Assembly (NCBI GenBank): GCA_964199315.1
Contig: OZ116707.1
Span: 30,752,001-30,816,000, forward strand
Direction of reading: 5' to 3'
Source: Orbicella franksi
Lineage: Eukaryota
DNA length: 64,000 nt
The notes under the pieces are model-generated. The model saw only the letters and a list, made by a program, of their open reading frames with translations, did not search any database and was not told where the DNA came from. Both the position numbers and the translations under genes were made by a program. Below, one piece after another: positions 37,501 to 51,700 of this stretch (position 1 is its first letter; each line of letters starts with the position of its first letter).

Positions 37501-38098
37501 GAAATGATAATTAGAATTTTAAAAACTGCTAAGTCCTGTATTTCACTTTTTTTTTTTTCAAACTCGTACCCAATAAGACAATTTAGTGTTTCTTATACAT
37601 GGCTTAGCCTGGAGTATAAGCTTTTAAAGTAAGATTAATGTGCCTGAAATAATCGTGCTCAATATGGTCAATATTTTTAATAATCCGTCACTTTTCATAT
37701 ATTTAACCGGTCAGGTGCTAAGTGTCTTCCTGTGTACAGAATGCCCATCAAGCTACACAGAGATGAATTAACTTTAAATCCTATCTAAAACGCCCTTTAG
37801 CGGTCACTCAAAAGGATTTTTTCTCAACGTGCATCGATAATTAATCTGTGGGATTTTTCACTGATATTATTTTGCTCGTAAAGTGTGTTTTCGAATCCTT
37901 AGTAGTATGTTTGTATACCAACCTAAAGTTTGGAACAAATGTAAATTCTGAACAAAAATCTCACCTGCGTGGAAGTCAATTTTCCTATCTTCAAGTCAGA
38001 CAAAATAAAACAACATTTTGCAAAATCTTTTTCTGAAAACAAAATCCTAAAAACTTTAACTTTTTTTTTATTTCTTGATCCCCAGGATCGAAAATTCG

Positions 38099-38384
38099 AC
38101 CTGCTTCTGAAATCTAAAGCTTTAAATTTGTCATGATCAAGTTTTTAATTTAGAATTAGTCTACCATCATATTGTTTTAGGAATAAACAGCATATCACTC
38201 ATAAAAAAAGTGTCAACAGTCTGGAAAAAAAGTACATGAACAGGAAACAGAAATCAAGAATTCAACCTGCTTCTGAAATCTTAAGCTTCAAACTTGACAT
38301 GATCAAGTTTTTAATTTAGAATTAGTCTATCATCATATTGTTTTAAGAATAAACAGCGCATCACTCTTAAAAAAGTGTCAAGAG
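38099..38384. repeat. Local tandem duplication, ~120-bp unit at 166-bp spacing
   Basis: ACCTGCTTCTGAAATC...AAGTGTCAA at 38099 and 38265, roughly 90% similar by eye. Confidence 0.85.
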
Positions 38385-38998
38385 ATGTACAGGCAACAGC
38401 ACTGAGTGCTTTTCAGAACTGTAAATTTTATTCAAAAGAAAAGCGCATCGAGCGGAAATGTTTTGTTTTAAAGAGCTGACGCTCGTGGGTGTTCATATAT
38501 TTAGTATTACATGAAATATATGTTGGAATTGAAAACAGCGAAGTAGGCTTATTTCTAGTCGTGAAAATATGCCGGAAAATTTCCACTAATTGTTAACAGT
38601 GAAAGAGTCTTTGGAGAAATACGGGGTGTTTACAAATGTCACAATGCAAAACCAGGGAAATTAGTGTTCAACGCTCCAGTTTTAGTCGTGCTAGGTTTTG
38701 AACATGAAATGAATGCTTGCCTTAATAAAGTCTGTGGTTTAAATGACAAAGAGTTCGCTCGGTCGACATGGCGGCTGTTGTCATCTTATTTCTTCTCCTT
38801 CCTGTTCATTCTCCTTCCTCTTCAGTGTTTTCAGGTTCTTCTCCGTCTTTTCCTTCTATTTCTACCTCTTTTCTACTCTTCAGTTTCAAAATATGTGTTT
38901 ATTTCTCGAAGAAGCTGAGTGGGCTGTCAAAACTATTTTTCTTTGATCTCAGAATAGTGGTCTAATCAGTCCTTTGTGACTCATTAGCCATCACCTTG

Positions 38999-40234
38999 CT
39001 ACACTTTCTCGTGGGCCGCGGTTCCATCATTAATTTTAGCTTGTAGTTTCTCGGCGGAATTCCTTGATGACGACTTCGAACTTTTTTTGGAGCTGGAGCT
39101 AGAGCTTCTTCTCCTACTGAGTAAGAAGGAACTTCTTTTTCCGTCTTTGTCGCGCCTGTTGAGTGAAGAAGAGGTTCGTCGAAATGTGTTCAAGCTAAGT
39201 CCTTCCGTGGTATCCGCACAGCAACCGTCGGTGTCACATCGCAGAAGTTGCACGAAGTCACGGCGAAAGTCTGAGTTCACTACAGAGTAGATTATTGGAT
39301 TAGCAGAAGCGTTTGTTACCAGTAAAAGAACAAAGATACGAGCAGCGATTGCAACGTGTTTGGAACCGGTAATGTGGACAAAAAGAGACATGATGGTGGT
39401 CAAATGCGAGGGCGCCATGCAGACAGCAAACACAATAACAACTGGGGCAAGAAGTCTCAAGGCTCGGCGATTTTGTACAATCCTGGAAACAGACTCCTTT
39501 CGAGCAGTTTGTTCTCTGAAGCTCGAGCGCCGGTAGCTGTCGTGTCTGCGAATGCTGTCCTTCAGCTTCGTTCTGATGCGAATGTATGTTACCGCGATAA
39601 TACTCAAAGGAATGATGTAAAAAGCCAAGACAATCGTAGTATGGTACATCTGGCTGGACAACGGGTTAGGCCACAGTGGTTCGCAGATCACTATCCCGAT
39701 TTTTGGTATGGGTAGCAACTTCATGACGAAAAACAATGGCATTACCACAATAATGAAGGATAGAAGCCAGATGAGGAACAGGACGCGTTTGACTGTTTGT
39801 TTGTTCATTTGCGGCTTCATGCAATGCACCAGCATTCTGTAGCGATGAAGTGCAATGGCTGTGATGCAGCCGATTCCTACCCCGTAAAAGATTAAAGTGA
39901 AAGGGAAGACAGTTTCGCAAACGAACTCACCAAACGGCCACGAGATAGAGAATTCTTTGCTGATATGAATCGGATAGTTAATGAGTAACACTCCCAAATC
40001 GGCGATGGCGAGATTGAGAATTAAACGATTGCCGACTATCTTCAAGTTTCTTTTTTTCGATGTAACAACACACACGAGAACATTTCCGACAGTTCCTATA
40101 AGGGAAACAATTATTTGCAGCACAAGTATGATGATTCTTGCTGTATCATATTGCCGCGGTAAGTGTGTAATTCGCGAAGAGTTTGTGGAGTTTCCAAGAA
40201 TCGGCGTTGCTGAACTTGTGCCGTTTAACAGCAT
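38999..40234 (-). CDS. Class A (rhodopsin-like) GPCR, neuropeptide-receptor-like, 411 aa, intronless CDS
   Basis: First ATG at 40234 (track start 40273 is TTG). Seven hydrophobic segments; GN (TM1), LAIAD (TM2), WPFG..VC, HRY, NPIIY; N-glycosylation sequons in the N-terminus. Confidence 0.93.
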   Translation of the reverse strand: MLLNGTSSATPILGNSTNSSRITHLPRQYDTARIIILVLQIIVSLIGTVGNVLVCVVTSKKRNLKIVGNRLILNLAIADLGVLLINYPIHISKEFSISWPFGEFVCETVFPFTLIFYGVGIGCITAIALHRYRMLVHCMKPQMNKQTVKRVLFLIWLLSFIIVVMPLFFVMKLLPIPKIGIVICEPLWPNPLSSQMYHTTIVLAFYIIPLSIIAVTYIRIRTKLKDSIRRHDSYRRSSFREQTARKESVSRIVQNRRALRLLAPVVIVFAVCMAPSHLTTIMSLFVHITGSKHVAIAARIFVLLLVTNASANPIIYSVVNSDFRRDFVQLLRCDTDGCCADTTEGLSLNTFRRTSSSLNRRDKDGKRSSFLLSRRRSSSSSSKKSSKSSSRNSAEKLQAKINDGTAAHEKV

Positions 40235-43200
40235 AGCAACGCTCGATTTGCACTTCTCTTGCCAGAGCTTCAATGCAGGTCCGGATATTTATGTTTCAAC
40301 TAACGCAGTTTTGTTTGCGTCCTTTTTGTCTGAGCTTATATAGCCATCACATCATGGCTTGTTCATGGCCTGGTGCTCCTTATCCTCGTCTCTTTTACTG
40401 AACTTTGTTAATAGCTGTCACATAGAGAAATTGCCTCCGCTTAGACGTTCTATAAGATACGAAGAATTAGGGTGTTGAAAATTCAGGAAATATCATTTAC
40501 CTTTACCACGTTTGTTTCCTGTTATGTTTAAGTCTTTCCCATAATCAAAAGAAACACTGAAGCTTCCCATTACATTGGAGCTTCAATCAAAGACCTACTC
40601 AAAAAGAGAAATCGTGCGACTGAAGAAAGACAAAACTGTATTCAAAAGATTCCTGTTGCCCCTAGCTGTTTTATTTCCCACTCTATTGGTCGGAAAACAA
40701 AAACTTTAGAAATGCGTTTGTCAAATAACTCCAATTTTAGGCGCCTAAATGACTGAGGCAGGTGGATCAGATCAGAATATTCTTAGATTAATGGCTGGTG
40801 AAATGCACCGACACAGCACGCACAAATACAACGCTTTATGTTCCTAAAAATTTCTTGATTAATTTTTTACCCAACGTCTTTAGAGCCGTTCACAAAGACA
40901 AATTTTGCATTTTTATAGGTTTACGTTTGAAATTTGTTTGAAAAATCCAGCATCTTTCCAATGCTAAACAACAATGTAAAATGCATTAGATATATTTTTA
41001 GCTCTCCATTTGCCTTGTTGATTATGTTATATCATTCGAGCCTGAAGAAATTCTCACAAGGTATTTTCATATGAAAAACACAAAAAAACAAACCTTAAAT
41101 TTAACCGAAGTCGGAGGTAATTAAGGTAACATGTCAAGAAAATGTTTTGAATCTTTTCACCGTCATACCCTCTTTCTCGTCATCTTAAGTTGAAATTTTA
41201 ACCTTATCAAGTTTCCCCTCAGACTTTTCTCGATTATCCATGCAAAAAAATAAATAAAATACAAATTGAAAGGCGTTTATTGCTAGTAACTGAGTGTTTT
41301 GAATTCAATGCAAACAAATGTCATGAAGTGCATTTCACGATCCAGTGTTAATTAATCAAATTGTTAAATCGTTCCTTCAAAGTTTCCCTGATTTGTTTTT
41401 TGCTGCTTTTTGTTTTTGCTTGTTTTTATTTTTCCAACTAGTTCAGCGCACAAAACGTTTTGCATCGTACTTTGGCCAGTCTTGCTGTATACGTCGTGCG
41501 TAGCGAAGATAAAGATTCTCAAAACATGTTTGGTTTGGTTTGTTTAATTCTAATATATTCTTGCTGAACGTTGCTTTTGTAGTTGTAGTAATACACTATC
41601 ACAACGTACGTCATCGTTATTTGGGAATACGGTTTGAAATTTAACACTTGTAATACACTATATAAAGCAGATTGAGTGACCAATCAGCTATCAGGATTTT
41701 TACTGGCTATAACAGCACAGGATTTCTAACCCGTAAAGTTTTAAACTCCTATAACGGTCTTGAAAAAGACGTTCTTGTGTCTTTTTGCGACCTGTTCGTT
41801 GTTCTGTTCGACACAAAAAAAAACCTCATTAGTTGCTTGTAACAGTACAGCTTCGATAACAACCTTCGGGAAATCAACTGGCCATATACCAGTTCATCCG
41901 TCAGAGTTATTTTTAACAAGTAATAAACTGCAATTGTTTTTCCTTCAACTGAATCATTTATGTTGCGAAATAGTTTGTTATATGGCCAGAGAGTTAAAAT
42001 GAAAAATTGGCGACATAAATTAAAACCCCCCCTAAATATAGAAAGCGTAAATTGCCAAACCCTGGCGTGAACTAATGGCTACATGCACCTTTTTTCTTGC
42101 CGCTTGTAATGCTACCAATGTCAATTATCACACCTATAAGGTAGTCATTTATATAAAGGTCAAGACATTTTAATTCAAAGACACTGTCCGACATGTAAAC
42201 TCCAATAAATATATACATATATGTGGCCTCGGTACTTTTACCTGATTTCAGATAATTCATTACCTATGCATTTGCAGTTCGTTAGAGACAAAAGATAAAT
42301 ATAGAAGAGATTTCCTGAAGATCGTTTGAATTATCCCAATGCTTAACTCTAAAGAGGATCAGATTCCACCGGAGGGCTTCATATAAATATAGATCTTATT
42401 ATAGGATACTAAAACAGCAATTTTTTCTGAATTTCTTCAACGATGCACGTATTTGTTTTCCTTGTTTTAATTTGTTTCCGGCATATTGTGCAACAATTTC
42501 AAATTTAGTTCGCTCTGAATTATATTTAAAACAATTTTGATGATATAAAGATGACTTTTGCGAGGGTGGACATTTTAAGTCTTGACAAACCCCGAGGAAG
42601 CACACATGAAAAACATGTATAATATGTTATCTTGAAAGTACAATATTTCATCACATGACTTTCTTCTGTAAGAAATTAAATGAATCACTTAAATAACGCT
42701 ATTCCTAAAGTTCAGTTGATACAATCAGTGTTTGGGAAGGAACGGTTCTTGTTTGTTGTCTTTATAGAAGAAATACTGGCAGTTAATTGGGGTAAAGGTG
42801 AACTCACTCAAGTTTGAGGTTAATTAATTCTAAAGAGAGGGGGAGGGGTTAGCTTACACAAGAAGGGCGCTGTTGGGTATTTTGCCGTAGGCTTTATTTC
42901 GGTCACTGCGTTCGATTTTATTTTTATTTCCCATTAGAGACAGTCTTTCTATCCGTGAAATGCCTAAATGTTTTAATTCTAGCTGTGAAACTGGATTTTT
43001 TGAGCGTTCTAAAGTAGGTAACTGTTTGACCTACGAATCAGTTTTGAATTGTTTAAAAATAAATTTGGAACTACAATTTAAAAACGCTTTAAACCAAAGA
43101 ATAATTTAGAATAACAGTATAAAAAGTTGCTACTTGTTTCCGTTTAAACAGTTGCTAGTTGTGAGCTACTTGCTCATAAATCCCTTTATGATCGTACGTA

Positions 43201-45353
43201 TCTTAGTTGAGTACCAGAAATATTGTGACACCCGGGTTCCATTCGCTCAAAAGCACGTGGAATAAATAAGCGGATGGCCTGGAGAACTGAATTGTGGCAT
43301 TTTCAGTGGGAGGTATCTAACTAGAGCTTAAGAGGCGTTTTGACAGCCCACTTAAATGATTGAGTTTGCTTCAATTCTGTCGTACGAATGCAAGTCGATT
43401 CAGTCTACCTCCTTTATCTCGATCCACACCCATGCCGTTCTTACGTTGAATGCCCTGAGTTGTGTCTCCTGTGTAGGCTGTCGAGGGCCAACGTCCACTT
43501 TACCTGCCTTCTTGCAACAACTCTGCAGCTCTATTCTTGCCGGCAATTGTTTGTCATTTTTGCTGACGATCAATACAATCCCAGACATAAGCCTTAGTAT
43601 CATAATTTCCTTGCCGCAATTTTTTGTTATTACAGGATTAAGAGACGGTGGGAATTGCATTCCACTGGTGTTTACTGTCAAAATGCGGGAGCTCGATTCA
43701 GACTTAAATAGTCAAGAGAATTGTTTATCAAGGCTGTGTAAAATTTTAATGTGCTTGTGAATTAGCGATGTAAGAATAGTCTTCAGTCTATAGTAAACTT
43801 GCAAGAGTTTGAGGAGCCTAGCTCACTGAGTTGATTACAAAGGCTTCGGGAAGACAATTTACCTTTTTGTGCGGTTTTAAGCTTCAAGCTTTTTTTTTAA
43901 GCTTCAAGTTTTGAATGCTGCCAATAGTTGTGGAATGGAGCAGTTCACCTCAGTTCTGACGAAGTCTTTCCCGAAAGTCTTGTTGCTGGCATTTGGTAAA
44001 CAGAACAATTTGTTCTTTGTCCAGCGCTAGGACAAGTTTCTCTGTTCACCAGAAACTGACTGGTCTCAACCACCCGTAATTTTTGTTCTTTCCTCTCCGG
44101 CTCTACTCGACGCACTCAGATCAGTCACTTTTCATAAGTGTTCAAAAGTACAAAATTAACTCTAAAGTACTCAGTTGGAGTGTTACAAATGAAAACAACT
44201 CAAGTAGTTCCTTCTAAGCGTTAACCCTAGAAAGCAAATCAAATGTGTACCACACAAGATAAAGAAAAATTCTTTGATCCACGATCTCTGGAATTGCTCA
44301 CCGACTGAGCTCCGAGAAGGCAGCAGGTGGGAATTGGGTGGGAATTCTACCTTGCCACGAATTTACCCGCATTATCGACTATTGACACTATTGGAGTCGA
44401 ATACTGTTCAAAGAGACTCTCTCAGAAATTTCATAAACTACAGAATCGGCGTGTGCTGCGTGAATCTTAACCTTCTCAAGTTATGAGTATCCCTCGTCAA
44501 CTTTTTCGCGCTCTAAGTTGGAGACGTTTGTTCAGGAGATCCAGATAGATCAAGGATTGGAATGGATTCTTGATCTCAGATCACACAGATACCTTACACC
44601 CCAGTTGAGGAAATGAAAAACACGAATTTGGACTATTTGGGATGTCCACCCAGACACGCTGATCACGCCGCGTTTTTGAAATTAGTTGCCGGTAGTTGAT
44701 AATATATTGCAAATATTCATTGCCTCCAGTATACCCTGGCGTTCCGCTGGAGCTAACAATTAAGAAGCTTAGACGACGATTTCCGAGAGGATACCCGGCT
44801 TACTTCTCAAAGTCGACTGTAAAAAAACGCAAAACTTCACACTGAAGCTACCATGGCTGTTATAATCAATTATTTGCGGAGAAAATAGGACTTCGGAAAC
44901 TTGCCGCTCTTATAGCCTTCTCACAGACACCACACTGTCAAGCAAATAAACTTTTTTAAAATCCTTTCTGAAAGAAGCCAACGGAAATCCGGATTTAGAT
45001 TTGATCTGCTGAATCCACTAAGGACTGCAGATTCCTCTGATTCATGATCCGTGCAGTTTTACCTTTTGGAACGGAAACCCTAAAGCCGTTTCTGGAGTCT
45101 AGATACTCCCAGAAAAAAAAAGCACCCTTATTATTAACAGGCAACTAGTATTACAAAAGCAATCATGGTTTTCGACGCTATTAGCAACCAGACTTAGGAT
45201 AATTTCAGTTCTTGGTGAGGTAAGTCTTTCAATCATAAAACTGCCGAACGAAAGCTATCTACGCAAGAACGTGCACTTATCATTGTCAACGAAGTTTTAG
45301 CTCTTGCGGGGTTGTGTTAAGAAAAAGCTTACCTGCATGATGACATAGAAGAA

Positions 45354-45442
45354 ACTGACTGGTTGACTGACTGGTTGACTGACTGACTGGCTGACTGACT
45401 GGCTTACTGGCTGGCTGACTGACTGACTGACTGACTGACTGG
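45354..45442. repeat. (ACTG/CTGG)n tetranucleotide microsatellite
   Basis: Seen directly. Confidence 0.9.
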
Positions 45443-45519
45443 TAGCACTAAGACTAGCACGTAGGCACCAGCACTTGACTAGCCAGTGTGACTATGTAAA
45501 GGACCTCACTATGTCGTCG

Positions 45520-45533
45520 GTTTCCATAGCAAC
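45520..45533. promoter_or_regulatory. RFX X-box-like motif
   Basis: GTTTCCATAGCAAC fits the X-box consensus GTYNCYATRGNAAC; target gene not established. Confidence 0.45.
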
Positions 45534-48500
45534 CGTCCAAGCACCGATCCCTCAGTCGGGTCCCCGCCTTCGCTTCAGGGCACACTCCACTACTGCCTTG
45601 TCCCTTTGCACTGCAGCCACACCCCACCTCTGTTCGTTGCGTAGCGGAACCGGGACACCAATACTCAAACAGATTATCGACAAGTGTCACCACTGGTTCA
45701 CAGCCGACAGACTGGATTCAGAGATTGTACCGCAAGGTCCTAATACCAACCAGAAGCTAAGTTATGGACGGTTACCGTTTGCACGGAATCATGATTTCGG
45801 TAAAAAACATTAACAACTGCATAGGTTTAGCCATCAAGATAAGAGAATAAAAGTAGCTTGTACAATTTGATTATTTTCCAGGTTGATAAAACAAAAAGAA
45901 CCCTGCTGACCTGTCGACCAAACTTATACTAAAGTACCAAAGTGGAGCTCGGTACTATAGTGATGTAAACAGATGGCAAACTGTCTTTCGGGTCTTACTG
46001 TAGAAGTTGATAATGGTTTTAGTGCCGGATAGATTGAGTCGAGTCCCGAAATCAGTGATTCCAAAGTGTTAATTTTCGTTATCAACAACGACTACCGCGA
46101 AATCACGGTTTCTTTTCGTTTGCTTTGGTCAGCTATTTAATCTCCTTGTTCTCTCTTTCAACTTTTCAGTGGGCTAGAAGAAAGCTAAGCTAGCGCTATT
46201 TTGGCTTTGCTGACGCGATGATCAGTTTACTGTCACCATGGATGTCACTTTGAACGTAAATGAAAACTTTACCAGTAATAAAGCGCCAAAATACTCTGAC
46301 CAAAAATCCTACTGATACAAACTGGCCAACACCTACGGGGGTGAGAAAGACTCCTGCTGGGCCTTGAACGATCAGAGTAATTACAGTGGGCGCCTACCCA
46401 AGATAAGAGGAGAGCGCGAGAGAGACTGATTTATATTAACTTCCCGCCATTTTGGCCACGGAATGTGGCTGTACACCATTGCAATATCTAGTTTGGAGAC
46501 AGTTAGTATTATGCATGCTGCTTTTTAACTTTACTTGAAACCTATAGAAGAATAGAGACAACTTGATTTTTGTGGAAATGCGTTGTTTTTCAAGCCTGAG
46601 CTAGTGTTATCCTAATGATGTGCCTTTTCCAAGCAGTATTGTTTATTTTTTTCTGTTGGAAGTTGTTTGATACCAGCAGTCACTTACAACAAGCCTGAAC
46701 AAAAACGATACTACTTGAAATGAGCCGAGACTGAACGTCTTTTGTTTGTTATGAACGACCAGGCGAGAGGTGGATATTATAACTTGAAACGGCAAATAAG
46801 CCCAAACGCACGACATGGTCTGGTGTTATAGTGTTCTCGTGTGTTCGGGTCATCAAGGGTTAGGCCTATGCTGTCAGTGGACGAGTCAGTTGTCGGTCGA
46901 TGTTTGTAATATTTTCAGTTAGTATACGAGACAAGTCTGCTACTCTGTAATTTTTTGTCCTTGTCCGTCTCCATCGATGCCGGTAATCATGTGGCAAGAT
47001 GTCAATTTCAAAGCTGACCTCAGTGAAAGATACCGTTGATTTCAAACGATTTTGGCAAACAATTTGATGATAGTTGTGGTCAAGCTTCCATTCTTTAGGT
47101 CGAAGTAAATCTTACTGCTGCCAGTGTAATGGAAAATGACAACGCTAGTGCACGGGCCCAGAGGTATTTAGTCTAATTTAAGAAAAGCACGAGCAGCTGC
47201 ATGGAGCCAAAGTGCCCTAGCTCTTGCCGTACGTGTTTGAGGCCGGTCAGAAGTGAGTTTGGGCAGCGCCTCGACGTAGCTCCTCCCTGTTTGCCTTAAA
47301 AATGAAAGGCTATGGAAGTGATTGAAGTCTCAGGGACAAACCCTGTTTTTCACGTTCCGTTTCGGCAAGTGTCCCGGCGTAATAAATTTTTTATCAACAC
47401 AAAGCAGTGAACTTATATACAGCCCTTTTGTGGCGTGCCGCAACAATGGAGGCGCTATCCATTTGTCAGGAGAAATGGGCTCTTCATCCCTTTCCTCTCT
47501 CAACCCAATTCAGATCCTTCGAGCGCAGAATATAAGATGCAACATGAATACTGTTTTCCTGAAAATAATTTATACATGTATATTGAGTGTGAAAGGAAAA
47601 ATTCAACGTTTTACGCTGAAAAATAGGAGGTCACTATCAGGTAGCAGAAGGGCACGCAATAATTTTTCGGGGTCTTTTCAGAATACGCTATTGAAGATTA
47701 TGAAGACTGAAGAATTGTCTGTGTTCGGAAATTACCTTCTCTTCATTTGTTTCACAATTCCGGACGTTGTAAACAAATGCCTGAAGGCGGCCTTGAGGCT
47801 ATACAACTTTCTTTGAGGTAGACCAACTGATCGGGCACTTTACTTTCAAGTAGTTTGTTGTCTTCCCTGGTGTCAACGGAAATTTGTTGCACGAGCCAAG
47901 AGGATTTCACTCACTGTCAGTTTCTCGAGTTTCGCGCGCAAAGCTTTCTTTCTGTACATGTACTGTTCTATTTATAATTAGTCAAAGAACCGAATAATTG
48001 TTGCCAAGAGCCTTTTCAATTATTGTTGTTGATCAGTTTGGCCAGTCTTCAATGCCACATGAGTAAATCGAAAAGAACAAGACAGAGAGGGTGTAACACA
48101 AGAAATTCGAAGTGCGCATTGAAATCTACAAACAGAATCACTTCGAAAAGGCACAATAAGATCTTCAAACGTTTCCAGCAATCCACTTTTAATTTAATCG
48201 ATTTGCAAGCCGCGTGGACTCATCAATTCGAGCCTCCAAGTCGTGAAGGAAAACCAGACATTTCACGGTAGGATGTCGTCCTGGCTTGCTGGCTCGCTCG
48301 TCATGTTGAACAAAGGAGTCGGGCTCTTTTCTTTCCTCTGATACTAAAAAAAGGACCTCTAAAAGCTGTGAAGTTTGTATACCGCGAAAAGACTGCTTTC
48401 TTTTAGCACTGCATTGTAATTCTGTGAGAATTCGCTAATCCGCTCTGTGATTGGTTGCTGTGAAAGGAATGATTAGAGCTTATTGTTCTCAGTATGGCAT

Positions 48501-48793
48501 ATTTCCTTCTGTAAGTAAATACATTACTAGCCGTCGCATAGTTGTCAAATTCCAAGTCGATTTCAGGCGTTATGCAAAGGCTTCTGTGACTTAAATATTC
48601 TCAGAGTAAGTGGGTCTGCCGCGCTGGACGCTAGATTCCGTAGCGAAACTGTGCAATCAAACAGCTCAAGATCGGTTTTCTATTAAAGTGCAAAGTTTTC
48701 ACGCACTGGGGGGTTGAATACGTCACTTTAATGTTGTGGCTTGGTTCAATCGAATCGCGAATCGATGGATGTCTGTAGCCGCAGTTGATCAAT

Positions 48794-51700
48794 ATGGCGA
48801 CAGCGTGTGGAAGAAGTTTCTCTCTCCTTTTCTTACTCATGTTTCTTTGCTTTTTGGCGCAAGGTAAGGAGTCTTAAGTGATTAATTTTTGATTTGTGCT
48901 TTCATAAAAGGTGTGAATGTTCGAAGCATGAACAAATAGAAACCCGCAAGTTTTTGTGACAGCATGGCATCTGCGACTGCCCTGAAGAAACCTGAATGTA
49001 AACGAAACGCGCACATTCTCCCTTTGAAAGAACATGTTCTTAAAAGCTAAGCTGAGCTGTTGTCGTAGAAAGTCACGCGAGACGAGAGTTTTAGCTCAAT
49101 TTAGAATTTTGGCCGAGCAATAATCACTAAGATGATGCCGACTTAGTTTTTCCCCGTGGAAAGAAATCACTAGCTTCTTATTCTACTTGTTCCTTGGTTT
49201 CATGAAAACACCGGCATTTAGAAAACTATCTCGATATAATTGGAAGAATTCGAACACCGTTTTTGTTGGGAATTAAGCGGGAGTTAAGCGAAGAAGACAT
49301 TGCAGTGCACGGAATCGCGCGCCAAGCAACTTATGATCTGCGACATGCATATATGCTGTAACGTTTCGTGCTCAGCAGCTACTGCACAGTTTTCACTATG
49401 TACATTTCAAGGTTTGCTTTACACAACACGACCTAGATTGTGGCGTAATTACTTCTCGCGGTATACAAAAGTTTTCGTTTTTGTGTGAAGACGATTTTTA
49501 TGATGAGCGTTCGTATTGTAATAATTGTGTTTGTCCTAAGTATTTATACAACTGGGAACATCGATTTGCAATTTCATTCAAAGCGATGCGCGATGCTCGA
49601 TTTTTCATCACTCGCTTAATCGCTAGATTGTGAAATATACTTAGACTTTGTGACTAAAGGAAGAGGGCATTGCAAGGACTTGGTACGAAACACTGATCTC
49701 TATCACGACTTCAGTTGACGCCACTCGACATTACGAACGTGTTTATGCCTTTGCATTGTTGTCAATACATTCTCTATTCAGCCCAGCAAATTCTTCTCTT
49801 TAGAGCCACTACAATGGAACTTTTTTGTATCATTTATTGCTTTCTATAGTTGTGTCGTTTCTTTCAAAGATAAAACTTTTAGTTGAAATTATCGATTCTT
49901 TGTTGACTGTTGGTTGTGGAGGAAGTTTGCAAATTGAACGGCCGTGTATGTGTGCGAAGTGGTCCTTTTCGAAACAAAAGAATCTTGCTGTTTAGCTAAC
50001 CTCTCTATGAATACATCTTTTGGCTTTGTAAGCAGTTTGTCTCTTCTTGTTGTGTGATAAAGTAAGAGAGAGTCGCACAAATAACTGTTATTTAGTGTAG
50101 AGCTAATTTAAGCTCGCGTTGTAGTTGCAATTGAACTGAGCACATGATATTGGCTTTAGATATCATGCTGCAACTTCTGTTAGAAAATCAGCTTTCCTCC
50201 GAAGTTAGACAAAGATATGTGAAAGGTAAAATCTTGCTTAAAAAACTGAAGTTAAATTTAACATTTCGAGTGAGTGCTCGCTCAATTATAACAAGAAGTC
50301 ATTTATCTTTGCATTTATCTCACTTGTCACCGATCTCCGCGAAAAGAAAACAGTGACATGAATTGTGCATGAAGCGAGAAGCCGTCATGTGGAAAGTCAT
50401 TCCTCGCAGTTCATTCCTTTTTGCAGCTATTTGCTTTTGTTCCAATCTAAAGCGCATTACGGATTAATTGCTAGTTTTCAAAGCAAACATAGCCTTATTC
50501 AGGGATTTGTATGGTGTCTTTATTTTTTAGAGGTGTTGGGGTTGTTTTTCCTTTTGCTGCTAAACGCGCTTTGTGTCATATTGGGTGGAATTAAAAAAGA
50601 GATCAGATTCTTGTGCTAACAAGCCTAATTATTCTCTGTTAGATTCAAGTGACGCTTTGAATTATGTAAATAAATTGTGTTCATTGTACTTGTGCTTAAA
50701 GCGCACATGTTTTCTGTATGTTACATTTAATTCAGGTGATCCTGGTGTTAGACTTCATGTTGATTCTAATTTGTAGACGTAGCTTTATAGTTTATTTTAC
50801 TGTTTACATAGCAATGTTTTCACTTTGTACTTTATTAGATTCATTTGTACTTTATTTGACTTGTGTGTGGGTTTTGTCAAGTATAATATTCAATAACAAA
50901 GCAATGCCCATAAAAGCAATGCCTTCCGAAAGTATTCCAACTTGGTATAATGATGTGGTCTGGCTGACCAGTAAAATACCACTTTTTATGCCCCGGGGTC
51001 CAGACTGAATGCCCTGATATGTTGAAAGAAAGCCATCCTCATGTTTGTTAATTGAATTATCTTTTCACACTATAATCCCAGGAAATTACTGTTTTGTCCA
51101 TACTTTTTCAAGAAAGCAAATTTGTTTTAAGCAATATACTGCTTTCATTCTCTATTATTTTGTAGTACTCCATGTGTCTTTCACACGTTTTTGTTCAGTT
51201 ATACCATAACATGCTCCTTTCAATTCAGGTAAAGCCAAACTGGGCAGACAACTGACAGATGTTATTGAAATTATGTGGGTTTCCTTACAAAACAGTGAAT
51301 TAATGCTTCATTCATTCAAATCTTTCTTCCAAGTTAATAATGATGTAAAAATGCGGACATTTATTATTTCCATGTGATCCTTTCTGAATCAACCTAATAC
51401 TAATATTTAGGAAGAAAGACTGTCTGGTGAGACAAAGCATTGCATTTTATAAAGATTTAATATTAGTCCTTAGCAAAATGGAGATTACATTCCAATTTTC
51501 TGCTGTTGATTTCTGAGATGAACCAATAATAAAGGCTGATCTTTAACAGGGTAGACCAAAATGTTGGCTCAACGTTGTAAATGTTTAATAATCAACTTTC
51601 AACTGCCATGGTGTATAGCAACAACCATATTGCTTGCTTTAGTCTGATCTGCACAAGAGACTTCCGTGCTTGGAGATCTTGCTATCAGGTCAAGCTCTAA

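Noticed and set aside
43356-43760. Overlapping ORFs of 69-134 aa
   Set aside because: No recognisable domain or consistent splice context; may be decayed transposon sequence.
45475-45813. GC-rich 112-aa plus-strand ORF with a possible donor near 45800
   Set aside because: No recognisable homology and no downstream exons found; more likely regulatory or UTR sequence.
47322-47816. 164-aa plus-strand ORF
   Set aside because: Non-ATG start and no motifs; composition typical of intergenic or repeat DNA.
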